From the human T2T-CHM13v2.0 reference genome, Homo sapiens, in the NCBI RefSeq assembly GCF_009914755.1, contig NC_060942.1: 64,000 bases of DNA; one strand, given 5' to 3'. The notes under the pieces were generated by a model, which was not told the DNA's origin, did no database searches, and was given only the letters and a program-made list of their open reading frames with translations. Position 1 is the first letter of the stretch. Each line of letters opens with the position of its first letter. Made by a program: the position numbers and the translations under genes. This document shows, one piece after another, positions 52,310 through 64,000 of the stretch.

Positions 52310-52789
52310 ATAAAATGTAATCATTTCTATTAGGGACAAAGAATAGCAAAGTAAGTGCAAGTGTCCCCACATTCTCAAATCAAGTGCTGGATCACTTAAG
52401 TAGTATATCCTCAAAGAATATAAAGAACAATTTGACATGTATTGATTAGCTTATTAATCACCTCTTATCTTCTTTACAACAAAGTTAAAGATGCTCTAAG
52501 GAGAAAAAAATAAGTCATTAGAGAATTGTTGTGGTGTTATATGTTTCTGTACAATCTATATCTATGTGATAAAGAGGTTTCCCTTCACCTTATTACAAGT
52601 GAGTATGAGTAGGGCTTGCACATAAATCATCCAGAGAGCTTGGCATGTGGGCCCAGGAATAATTTGGGGGAAATGAAGAAACATCTAAAGGGAAGAGGTT
52701 CTGGCAGGGTTAGTCTCTGTCTAGCTACTTAACAAGGACAGGGCTACAGTGGGAATGGCTAAAGGCCCTTCCAGATTTTGCTGGGACGA

Positions 52790-53253
52790 GAATCCAGTTT
52801 ATTATACAGAACAGTTAAATGGAAGATATGAATGGAGCAAGGGTTGTGGGAAGGAAGGGGTACAGAGTCCCATGCCCTTTCTGGAAGCACCACCCACCCA
52901 CTGCCTCAGTGTTCACCAATCTGCAAGCTATCTGAACCTCATCTTTTAGTATTTTTAAATGGAGGTTTAATTACATAGGCATGATTGATCAAATAATTGA
53001 ACATTGCTGATTAACTTAATCTCCACCTCTTCCCCACTTCCCACAGACCAGGGAGTAGGGCTAAAACTTCCAAGCTTCTAATCAAAGTTTGGTCTTTTCC
53101 TCCAACCAATCCATTCTGACACTATCAAGGGCCCACCAGGAATCATCCTCATTAGAACAAAAAATTCTCCTGCCACTCTTACTACTCAGAGAATACCGAG
53201 GGCTTTAAGAGTCTTCTGCCAGGACTCAAAGACCATTTAAAAAATATATCATA
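52790..53253 (-). mobile_element. MER21/MER77-like LTR fragment
   Basis: atggaggtttaattacataggcatgattga; ctcattagaacaaaa motifs; may extend left to ~52530. Confidence 0.6.
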
Positions 53254-54095
53254 AGTACTATAACTACTATAAGTGAAATCTTTGATTTAAAATAATCCTA
53301 CAAATAACCCATGTTCCAAGAGGGATTTTGAGGGGATTTGTATTAGATAAACAAAGAAAAAATGACTATAATATTACATAAAATTTAAAAGCTATAAAAA
53401 TATCTCAAATAATGAGTAGGAATATAACCCCAATACATTTTTCAGAGAGTTAATATACATTTGCTATTAAACACACAGAAAAAGGAAAATAAGACAGGGA
53501 AATTAATGTCAAATCTTAAACATGATGAGCAAATCTTAAAAAGTAATTTTAGCAAGTCACTTTACTACTCTGATGACAGAAAAACATTATGACCAAAAAT
53601 GGTTTATTCTTGGACCATGGGGCTGGTTCATTATTAGAAAGTTGATTAATGTAAATTTCCAAATCAATTCTGTACAAACGAAGTAGATAGAACTCTTTCA
53701 ATGCATGTAATAACACTTTTTGATAACAGTTAAAAACATTAGATATATGTCTTTGAAAACTAACATTAGACTTATTAAACTGGATAAAGAGCACAAAAAA
53801 TCTACAACAAACAAAATACTCAATGGTGGAAAGTAAAAAGCATTTATTTTAGTGTTAGAACTACGACAACACAGTAGCTACTACCATTTCATTCAACATT
53901 GAACAACAGTTATAGGTCATAAGTTAAGGGCTAAAAACCATCAGTATTGAAAAGGAAGAAGCCAAAAGTGTCACTATTTGCATATGGTTTGATCTGTATA
54001 AAAATCATTACAATATCTACAGAAAAGAAATAAGAAAAAAATGAGTTATTTCACCAATATTTCTAGCATAAAATCAACATTAAAAGTCATTTATT

Positions 54096-54230
54096 GATCA
54101 GGTACAGAGTCTAATGTCTATAATCCCACCTACTGGGGAGGCTGAGGCAAGAAGGTTGTTTGAGCCCAGCAGTTGAAGACCAACCTGGGCAACATAGTGA
54201 AACCCTGTCTCAACAAATAAAAAAGTAAAA
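54096..54230 (+). mobile_element. FLAM (Alu monomer)
   Basis: Single arm with A tail; degenerate TSD AAAAGT(CA/TG)TTTATT. Confidence 0.8.
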
Positions 54231-54476
54231 ATAAAAAGTTGTTTATTGCATTTCTATACACAAAATTAAAAAAATTAAAATTCCATTTATGTAGTGACAA
54301 AAACATAATGCACATGAAAATAAGTAAAATACAATTTATGACTATTAAGGAGAAAAAATTATCTTTTTTGAAAGTATTCAGTAAGAATAAATGAAATATT
54401 ATATCGACATTGACAGGTAGAAAATTTCAATTATTAAAAAATATCATTTCTGATATATTGTTGTAAGGATTTTCTT

Positions 54477-54777
<301 letters not shown>

Positions 54778-55387
54778 AGGATTTTCTTATAAATTGATTA
54801 CTTAATTCTAAAAGTCATATGAACAAGCAGAAGATTAATAAGGGCCAAGTTGATTTTTTAAAAAAATTATTTGAGAGGGTCTGCCTAGAAAGACTGCCTT
54901 GGAAATTATGAAAATTAAGATAGTGTACCACTGAATGTGCAGAAACAATTAACCAATAGAATATTTTAAGCCAGAAACAGACTTGTGTTTGAAAATCTGA
55001 CATTTAATACATGGGTAAATACAACTCAATGATGGAAAGAAGAAAAAGAATGGATTATACAAGAAATGTGGTTGGAACTGGTTAATTATAAGGAAGAAAA
55101 GGAGAGAGATTTTGAATGTGTTTCTCACCAAGTAAATAATAACAAAAACATCAATTTCGAGAGGGCTAAGGAATTAAATGAAAAATAAATAATTATACTG
55201 TGTAAATAAAATGAAAGAATAAATTATATTTTAGAGTCTCTTTAGAGGTGACATTTATTAAACAAGACACAAAAATTATAAACCACAAATAAAGAGACTG
55301 ATTAATTTGACTACATAAATAATGAGGCTTACAATTCATCAAAAGACACAAAAGTGAAAATCAATATTGTGTAATAAGAAAGTGAGA

Positions 55388-55740
55388 GGCCAGGTGAGGT
55401 GGCTCATGCCTGTAATCCCAGCCCTTTGAAAAGCCGAGGCGGGAAGATCAGTGGAGGTCAGGAGTTTGAGACCAACCTGGACAACATGGTGAAACCCCGT
55501 CTGTACTAAAAACACAAAAAAAATTTAGCCCATCGTGGTGGTGTGGGCCTGTAATCCCAGCTACTCAGGGGGCTGAAGCAGGGAATTCCTTGATCCCGGG
55601 AGGTGGAGGTTGCAGTGAGCTAGGATGGTCCACTGCACTCCGGCCTGGATGACAGAGCTAGATTCCATTAGCTCAAAACAAACAAACAGACAAAAAAAAA
55701 AAAAAAAAAAAAGAAAGAAAACAAGAAAAAGAAAAGAAAA
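55388..55740 (+). mobile_element. AluS with a long mixed A-rich tail
   Basis: Full dimer; tail ~55675-55745. Confidence 0.9.
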
Positions 55741-55777
55741 CAAAATGAGAGACATACTACCAATACTTAATCTAAGG

Positions 55778-58025
55778 ATTTTTAATTTTTTAATTGGCAT
55801 ATAATCATATATATTTTAGGGGCACATAGTGATTAGATCAGGGTAATTAGCAAAACTATCATCTCAAACAGTTGTTTCTTGGTGTTAGAAACATTCAATA
55901 TCTTCCTTTTAGCTATTTGAAACTATATATTATTGTTAACAATAGTCGTCCTATTGTGGTATAGAGCACTAGAATTTATAGCTCCTATCTAGCTGTGATT
56001 TTGTATCCTTTAACAAATCTCTCCCCATCCTCCCTTCCTCCTATCCTTCCCAGCCTCTAGTATTTTTGTTTTACTTTTTACTTCTATGATATCAACATTT
56101 TTAGCTTCCACATGTGAGTGAGGAAATGTGATATTTGTCTTTCTGTGCTTGGCTTATTTAACTAACATAATTACATCCAGTTTTATCCATGTTTCCACAA
56201 ATGACAGGATTTCATTTGTTTTTATGGCTAAATAGTATTCCTTTGTGTGTATATTCTAACCACATTTTCTTTTTCTATTCGTCTGTTATTGGACACCTAG
56301 GTTGATCCCATATTCTGGCTATTGTTATAGTGCTGAAATAAACATTAAAGTGTAAATGTCCTTTTGATACAGTGATTTTCTTTTTTTAACTTTGGATAAA
56401 TGCACAGTGGTGGAATTACTGGATCACATCATAGTTTTGTGTAGTTTTTTGAGAAACCTCCATATCATTCTATACAATGACTGTACAAGTTTATTCCTGC
56501 CAACAGTATGTAAGGGTTCTGCTCTTTGTGAATTCTCATCAGCATTTGTTATTTTTTTGATAATAACAAAAATTGTCTTTTTGTTAATAGCCATACTAAC
56601 TAGGAGGGAAGATGATACCTCACTGTGGCTTTGATTTGCATTTCTCTGATGATTACTGAAATTGAGCATTTTTTCACATATTTGTTGGCCATTTGTATGT
56701 CTCCTTTGGCCTACTTTTTAAGTCATATTATTTTCTTGTTGTTGTTGTTTTTTTTTTGCTGTTGAAATGTTTGCCTTCCTTGCATATTCTGTATATTAAT
56801 CCTCATTAGATGAATGGTTTGCAAATATTTCCCCCATTCTGTAGGTTACCTTTCCATTCTGTTGATTGTTTCATTTTCTGTACAGAAGGTTTTTAGTTTC
56901 ATAAAATCTCACTTTTTCATTTTTGTTTCTGTTGCCTGTGCTTTTGATGTCTTATTCATAAAGTCTTTTCCCATACCAGTGTTCTAAGCATCACCCTTAT
57001 GTTTTCTTTTAGTAGTTTTATGGTATTGAGTCTTACATTTAGGTCTTCGATCCTTTTGGGGATGATTTTTGTATAGGATGAGAGGTGATGGTCTAGTTTC
57101 ATTCTTCTGAATATGGATATCCAGTGTTCCCAGCACAATGTAATGAAGAGAATGTTCTTTTCCCAGTGAATGTTCTTGGTGCATTTGTCAAAAATCAGGT
57201 GGCTATAGATATGTGAGTTAATTTGGGGGGCTCTCAATTCTGTTCCATTGTTCTGGTCTGTTTTAATGGCAGTACTATGCTGTTTTGGTTACCACAGCTT
57301 TATAGTATACTTTAAGGTCTGGTAGTGTGATGCTTCAAGCTTTGGTCTTTTTGCTCAAGATTGCTTTGGTTATGTGGGGTCTTTTGTAATTTCATACAAA
57401 TTTCAAGATTATTTTCTTATTTCTGTGAAGAATGTCAATGGTATTTTGATAGGGAATGCATTAAATCTGTAGATTGCTCTAGGTAACATGATCATTTTGA
57501 CAATATTAATTCTTCTGATTCAAAAGCATGAGGTGTCTTTCAAGTTTTTGGTATCTGCTTCAATTTCTTTCATCAGTATTTTGAAGTTTTTCTTGTACAG
57601 GTCTTTTACCTTCTTGATTAAATTTCTTACTAGGTATTTTTTGTGTAGCTTTTGTCAATGGGGTTGCTTTCTTGATTTTTTTTTTCAGCTAGTTTGTTGT
57701 TCATGTATAGAAATCTACTAATTTTTAAGTTGGTTTTCTATTCTGCAACTTTATTGAATTTATCAGTTCTAAGAGGTGTAATGTAGTCTTTTGGTTTTTT
57801 GATATATAAGATCATGCCATCTGCAAACAGGAAAAATTTGATGTTTTTTCCTCTTTTCCACTTTGGATGCCCTTTATTTATTCCTCTTGCCCAATACTGT
57901 CTAGGACTTCCAGTACTATGTTAAATAAGAGTGGTACAGGTGGGCATTCTAGTCTTGTTCCAGTACTTAGAGGAAAAGCTTCCTAGCTGTGAGTTTGCCA
58001 TATACAGCTTTTATTTTGTTGAGGA
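55778..58025 (-). mobile_element. L1MA (about MA5) 3' 2.2 kb
   Basis: gatcagggtaattagca 3' UTR; ORF 56956..57237 is ORF2-like (YSHLIFDK..LCWEHWISI). Confidence 0.85.
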
Positions 58026-61000
58026 ACTTCCTATAAATCAATAAGAAATAAACAATCCAATAGGCAAAAAACAGGAATTGGCATTGCCAAAAAGAGGAAA
58101 CAAGAATGGTCCACAAACATAACTAAGATGCGTAATCTCATTAGCAGTCAGGGAAACACAAAATAGTTTAAAAATATAATTTTAATTATTTTATTTACCA
58201 CATAAAAATAAGTATTGGCAAAGATATAGAGCAATCAGGATTCTCATCTACTTCTTGTAGGCATATAAATTTGTGCAAAACCTTTGGAAAATAATTTAGT
58301 TTTACCTATTAAAATTGAATACATGCAAACCTAACAATCATCAATTCTCCTAAGAATGTTCTTTATATAAATATTAATTCTCTATACAGATACACTATAT
58401 AAATTCACCGGAAGGCATGAGAAAATCATCAACATCAGCATTGTTGCTATAGTGAAATAAAGTAAAATAAAATAACACAAATGTTTATGAAGAAGACAAT
58501 GACTAAATAATTGTGCCATGTTCAAATAGATGAATACTATATGATAATGGAAGTGAATGAATATGATATTTATCAAAATAAAGTGGAAACAGATGTTAGA
58601 AGAGTATGTGCATTAATTCATTTATGTAACATTTAAGATAGGCAAAACTAAATATATATGTATATGTGTGTATATGTCACATATCACATGTTGAAATCAT
58701 ATGTCATTATCATATATCATATAGGAATATAGATACAAATATGTTAAAATAGTTAAACATAGGCATCTTTGGGTTGGCCAGGCAAGGATCAATATTTAAT
58801 AAGATTTCTACATGATTCTGATGGCTTTCAGATTTTAGAACCAGGCTGTTATTTTTGTGGAAGTCTATATATTTTTCTTTCTTATTACATCATTATAATA
58901 CTCCAAATCTGGTTGTTTTTCTATCCTGGCCTTTGCACACTTACAATTTCACCTGGAGAACTAAGATTTAAGATTTCAAAAAAGCTTTCTTTTAATAAGT
59001 AGCCATTATATAAAGACTCAAAAAAGCACTAAAATTATTATCCTAACCATTGTTTATACAGCTATAACCTTAGATTTCAGAACTGTTTAGAGAATATTAA
59101 GATTAAAGTAAACCAACAGTAGTCTTATTATTTTAGTTTTAAAATGTTATACCATATTGTGCCACATATTGTTTACACAACAGCATTGATATTGGTAATG
59201 TACTTGTTTTATTTCAACAAATATTCTATATGATAATGCATAATAAAAGTATTTTGTAAAGTAATTGCCTACAAAATTACTCATTATTGGCTTTATCACA
59301 TTAAATGCATCAGAAGCCATAATCATTATCTCAATTTTCATTACAGAAATATATTCAGTTTATACCTTGGCATTATTCTGATTACACAAAGTCTCATTAA
59401 AATTAGTAATAAATCCAAGCTAAAATGGTACAAACATTCGAGCTGTATATGTGTGGCAACTTTCCTTAATGACAATGTATTCAAAATATATAGCTCTTTC
59501 ACCCGGGAGGTTGGTAAACATTTTCTGGTTTGTGAAATAGGATTTTATATTTCAGTTTGGCTTGAGAGACTGAACTGTTATTTTACATAAAATGAGATTA
59601 TTGGTGTATAAGAAATTGCAGTAATGCTAATGAAAATAAAAAGGACTTTTTAATTAATGGACTATCAATCTGGAGGGTTTTTTATTATAACTATTATGTC
59701 ACCATTTTTATATTGTGTAAGAAAGGTTGATTTCTCTAATTGTTTCCAAAATTCTTAAACCACCAGCTTATATAGGCATTACACGAGGATAAGTTTAAGA
59801 ATCATTTTACACTGCTGTGCTGTCTTCTAAGAAATCCAGAAATGTCTGAACAAATGAGTGTACACTCATAAATGTAAGAGCCACAGGGAATCCATAGATG
59901 CCTAGAGAATTTATTTCTCATCTAGAGCTGCCTCCAGTGGCAGAATCCTACCAAAAAGCATCAATTTTATTTCATCCCAAGAGAATACACTCTAGTCTGG
60001 AAAAATGAGTTAGGATCACATCACATTCAGATTTTAATGGCCAGCTTTCAATAAACAATATATGAAGAAGCTTAGAAACCAAATGGAGAACATAAGGAAC
60101 TCTCCTCTTACATAACTCTACTTTTAGGACCAACCCAAAATCACACACACAGAAAAAATAAAAAAAAAAAAACCTGCCATCCCTCAAATTTTGTCTCTTC
60201 TCTCTCCAAGGTAAGAATTTTCAGAAAGGGAAGACAAAGCAGTATTAAGCACATTTTATATTCTGAGGAATTGAGCTGACACAGAGAAGAAAACAAAACA
60301 TTATATATTGAATGAAGGAATGATGGATGAATAGATAAATTAATCTAGTTGTTTAAAATTACACCAAAGTGTTACAGTAAATTCTTTATCATATGACCCT
60401 ACTCTGAAGACAGTGTTACAGCTTCAATTAGTGGGAAATTAATGAAGCTTTAGAGATAATATGTTTATATATACATGCACATATATAGCTTGTTTTTAAT
60501 TTACATTAATGACATTCCATTATATAACAAATCAAATTTGAAGAGAAATAAAAAATAAGAGGTCTTAGTGTTTTCTAGAAATGATGCTTGAAGTACAAAA
60601 AAATGATAATTGTATAACAACATAAATGAGTAGAATTATATCTTTGTATTTAAAATATCTTGAATACACATATTTGTAATTTACTATTATTTCTGTTTTT
60701 TTAGTTAATTAGAGTGAATGTTACAAGCAATAACCTTGGTTTATCTTTTACCAGAATACCACAATATTGGGCATTGGTTTAGATTTAGCACATGTCTTCT
60801 AAAAGACAATGAACACTGAATGATTGCTTGTGAAATGAATAAATGGACAAACACATGCTAAGCATACTCTGCCTTTAGACAGTACTGTAGGCAAATTCTC
60901 CAAGATCAATTAGATTGACTGTTTACAAGTTTATCTTCAAGAAATCAATTCACTTGAAAATGAGGTGGGTGATTTACGCCTTTTAAACTACGTAGATAAC

Positions 61001-61249
61001 TGCTAATTGAATCAGACAGAAAACGTGATTTAATACCTGAATATTATAATAGATTAGCTAACCAATCAGACATAAAAACTGATAAATCAACAATAACTTA
61101 TATGCTTATATATTTATATAGTTTATGAAAGGTTTACATCTATTATTCCACTTTTTCAAAATAAGTAACTAGGGTTAAGCAAGCATGACTTGCCTCTGTT
61201 AAGTCCATAAAAATTAGCAAAGTCAGAACTTGGAATTCATGTTTCTGTC

Positions 61250-62850
61250 TTATTTATTTATTTATGTATTTATTTATTTATGTTGACTTTATTTTTAATT
61301 CACAAATAACAATTGTATGTATTAATCATGTACGCATAATGTTTTGACATATGTATACAATGTGGACTGGCTCAGTTGAGTTGATTAACATACTACCTCA
61401 CATACTTATTATTGTTTGTGGAAAGAACACTTTAATTCTACTCTCAGCAATTTTCAGAATACAATTACAATAGATCTCTTGAACTTATTCCTCCTATCTG
61501 AAATTTCGTATACTTTGACCAACATTTCCCCAGCCCCTGATAACAAACATTCTAATTTCTGCTTTCATGAGTTCAACTTTTTTAGACTCCACATATAAGT
61601 GATATCATGTAGTATTTTTCTTTATGTGTGGCTTATTCCACTTTACATAATGCACTCCAGGTTCATCCATGTTATCTCAAATGGCAAGACTTCCTTCTTT
61701 TTGAAATTGTCTTAAAGCTGAATAATATAGTTGCATCTGTGTGTGTGTATCACATATACATTTGTGATATGTGTTATATCTATAAATGTTATAGAAAACA
61801 ATAAACATGAAAGTGCAGACATTTCTTTGGTATACCGATTTCTTTTTCTTTGAATAAATGCTCGGTTGTGGTTTTACTAAATTACATGATAGTTCTGTTT
61901 GTAGTTGTTTGAGGAACCCCCATAATGTTCTCCATCGTGGCTGTTACTAGCTAATATTCCTACCAACAGTGTATAAGAGTTCCTTTTCTCTACATCCTAA
62001 ACAGTATTTTTTCTTTTTTGTCTTTTTGATAACAGCCATTACAATAAGTGTGAGGTGATATCTCATTGTTTTAATTTGCGTTTCTCTAAAGGTTAGTAAT
62101 GTTGAGCATTTTTTCACATACATTTGTATGTCTTTTTTTGAGAAATGTCTATTTAAGTCTTTTGCCCAATTTTAATTGGGTTATTTATGTTTCCTATTGA
62201 GTTGATTGAGTTCCTTACAAATTTTTGATATTAACCCCTTATCAAATGGTTTGAAAATTCTCCCATTTCATAGGTTGTCTTTTCACTCTGTCGATTGTTT
62301 CCTTTGCAGTGCAGAAGATTTTTAGTTTGATGTAAATCTGTTTGTCTATTTTTGCTTTTGTTGCCTGTGCTTTTGGGGTCACACCCCAAAATTTATTGCC
62401 CAGACCAAATGTCAGAGAGCTTTTTTCTTATGTTTCTTCTAGTAGTTTTACAGTTTAATGTCTTATGTTTAAAACTTTAATACATCTCAAGTTGATTTTT
62501 GTGTATGGTGTGAGATAAGGATCTAATTTCATTCTGTGTGTGGATTTTCACTTTTCTCAACACCATTTTTTGAAGAAGCTATCCACTGTGTTTTCCTGGC
62601 ATCTTGATAAAAAATAAACTGAACATAAATATGTGAGTTTATTCTAGAGTCATTATCCTGTTTCATTGGTCCATTTGCCTGTTTTTATACCAGTAATATG
62701 CTTTCTTAAATTACTGTAGCTTTGTAGTACATTCTGAATTCAGGTAGAATGAAAACTTCAGATTTTTTTTTTTCTCAAGATTACTTTGGCTATTTGGGAG
62801 CTGTGGTTCCATGTGAATTTTTGGATTGCTTTTTATCAGGTTTTCATTTT
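61250..62850 (-). mobile_element. L1MA (about MA8-9) 3' region with (TTTA)n tail
   Basis: Antisense 3' UTR and ORF2 motifs. Confidence 0.85.
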
Positions 62851-63554
62851 CAAATTCAATGTTATTTTTACTACATGATAACCTATGAAATATTATTTCA
62901 GATATAGATAATAAAGCCACATACACATGAGTACACATATAGACACAATTATATAGAATTACATTGAAATATTATGATACTTAATTTGTCATATGTAATA
63001 TTATAAAAATAGAAAATTTGTGTAACTGCTAACACTATTATTTTCTACATTTTACATTTTAGCTATAAAGTAATCTGTCATTACACAGTCCATATATTTG
63101 AAGATATTTCAATTGATTGAATTCTGACTTCCAGTAGAGTATTTTTTCTTTCCCAGATCAAATAGAACAACAATATCAAAAGAAAGAAAAAAAAAAAGCT
63201 TCAGAATACTTAACTTAAAAGGAGGAAAGACATAGGTAATTGGGATAGCTGATTTCAAACATTTTTAAAACGTTTACATGAAAGAAAAGGAATTTGTTCT
63301 CTCTTTCATCAAATTCTGGCATTAAGATAAGTAGACTTCATGAGATGTCATGTTTTTTGTGCAAGCAAAGTTTATATAGAGTTTTGGACAATACAGGACT
63401 CAGGGAATATATGCAGATGCTTATGCCCCAAAGGGAAGTTGAGTCTTCATCTCTGTAGTTACATTTGATGCACATATTGGAATGTTGTACTTTTCCTCTC
63501 AAAAAATTCTAAGCTAAATGAGATAATTTGATCATCAGAAAGAAATAATTCCTT

Positions 63555-63940
63555 AGGACAGGCTGTTTTCTTAAAATCTGAGAATTCTAGTTTCAGAAAT
63601 TGACATACGAGTACAAATGACTTGTGAGGGGTGACATCTGTGAAAGGTAAAGGGAGGAAGCATGATTTGGTAGGGGGAACTATCGGACGTCATCCTTTTA
63701 ATTTGACAGTTGCTATCCACCAATGAGAAGATCCATAACAAATGATTAAGTCCCTGCACAATTCACTCAGTTTTTAACTGGGAGCTATTCTAAGTAAAAT
63801 GTGCCCATGGCAACATCATCTTACACAGCTATTGTTCTTACTTAGGTGGGACCACCCTGAGAATAGCATGACCTTGGCTCGAAAGCTGAAGCAAACCCCA
63901 AAGGAACTAGCAGTTGGAAACCACGAGCTAATTATATTTT
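63555..63940 (-). mobile_element. Old ERVL-type LTR fragment (family uncertain)
   Basis: ctgtgaaaggtaaagggaggaagca...gaccttggctcgaaagctga resembles LTR16/33/40-class elements. Confidence 0.35.
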
Positions 63941-64000
63941 TCAGAGTTGGGCTGGATTTATTTTCTTGAATAGAGACCTTAGAGCTTACATCTGTGCCTG

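Overview
This is primate (human-like) genomic DNA, not microbial. It is AT-rich, CpG-depleted and dominated by interspersed repeats: Alu/FLAM, L1PA and old L1M, L2, MIR, several ERV1/ERVL LTRs and DNA-transposon fossils. I find no intact cellular protein-coding gene, RNA gene or CRISPR array. The only ORFs with recognisable homology are decayed retroelement proteins: the L1 ORF2p C-terminus (19.7-20.2 kb) and ERV1 Gag (32.6-33.9 kb). All repeat names come from my recollection of consensus sequences, not from a database search. I see no evidence for a new multi-gene system. The most interesting signals are small DNA-repair or replication scars: (1) a 1.56-kb filler+Alu+LTR12 composite bracketed by an 8-bp direct repeat; (2) a perfect 36-bp-arm hairpin apparently made by template switching inside an old L1; (3) a 380-bp local copy pasted cleanly into an MLT1 LTR; (4) an L1PA insertion with target-site deletion. 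A few splice and promoter motifs in unique sequence are listed as weaker leads.
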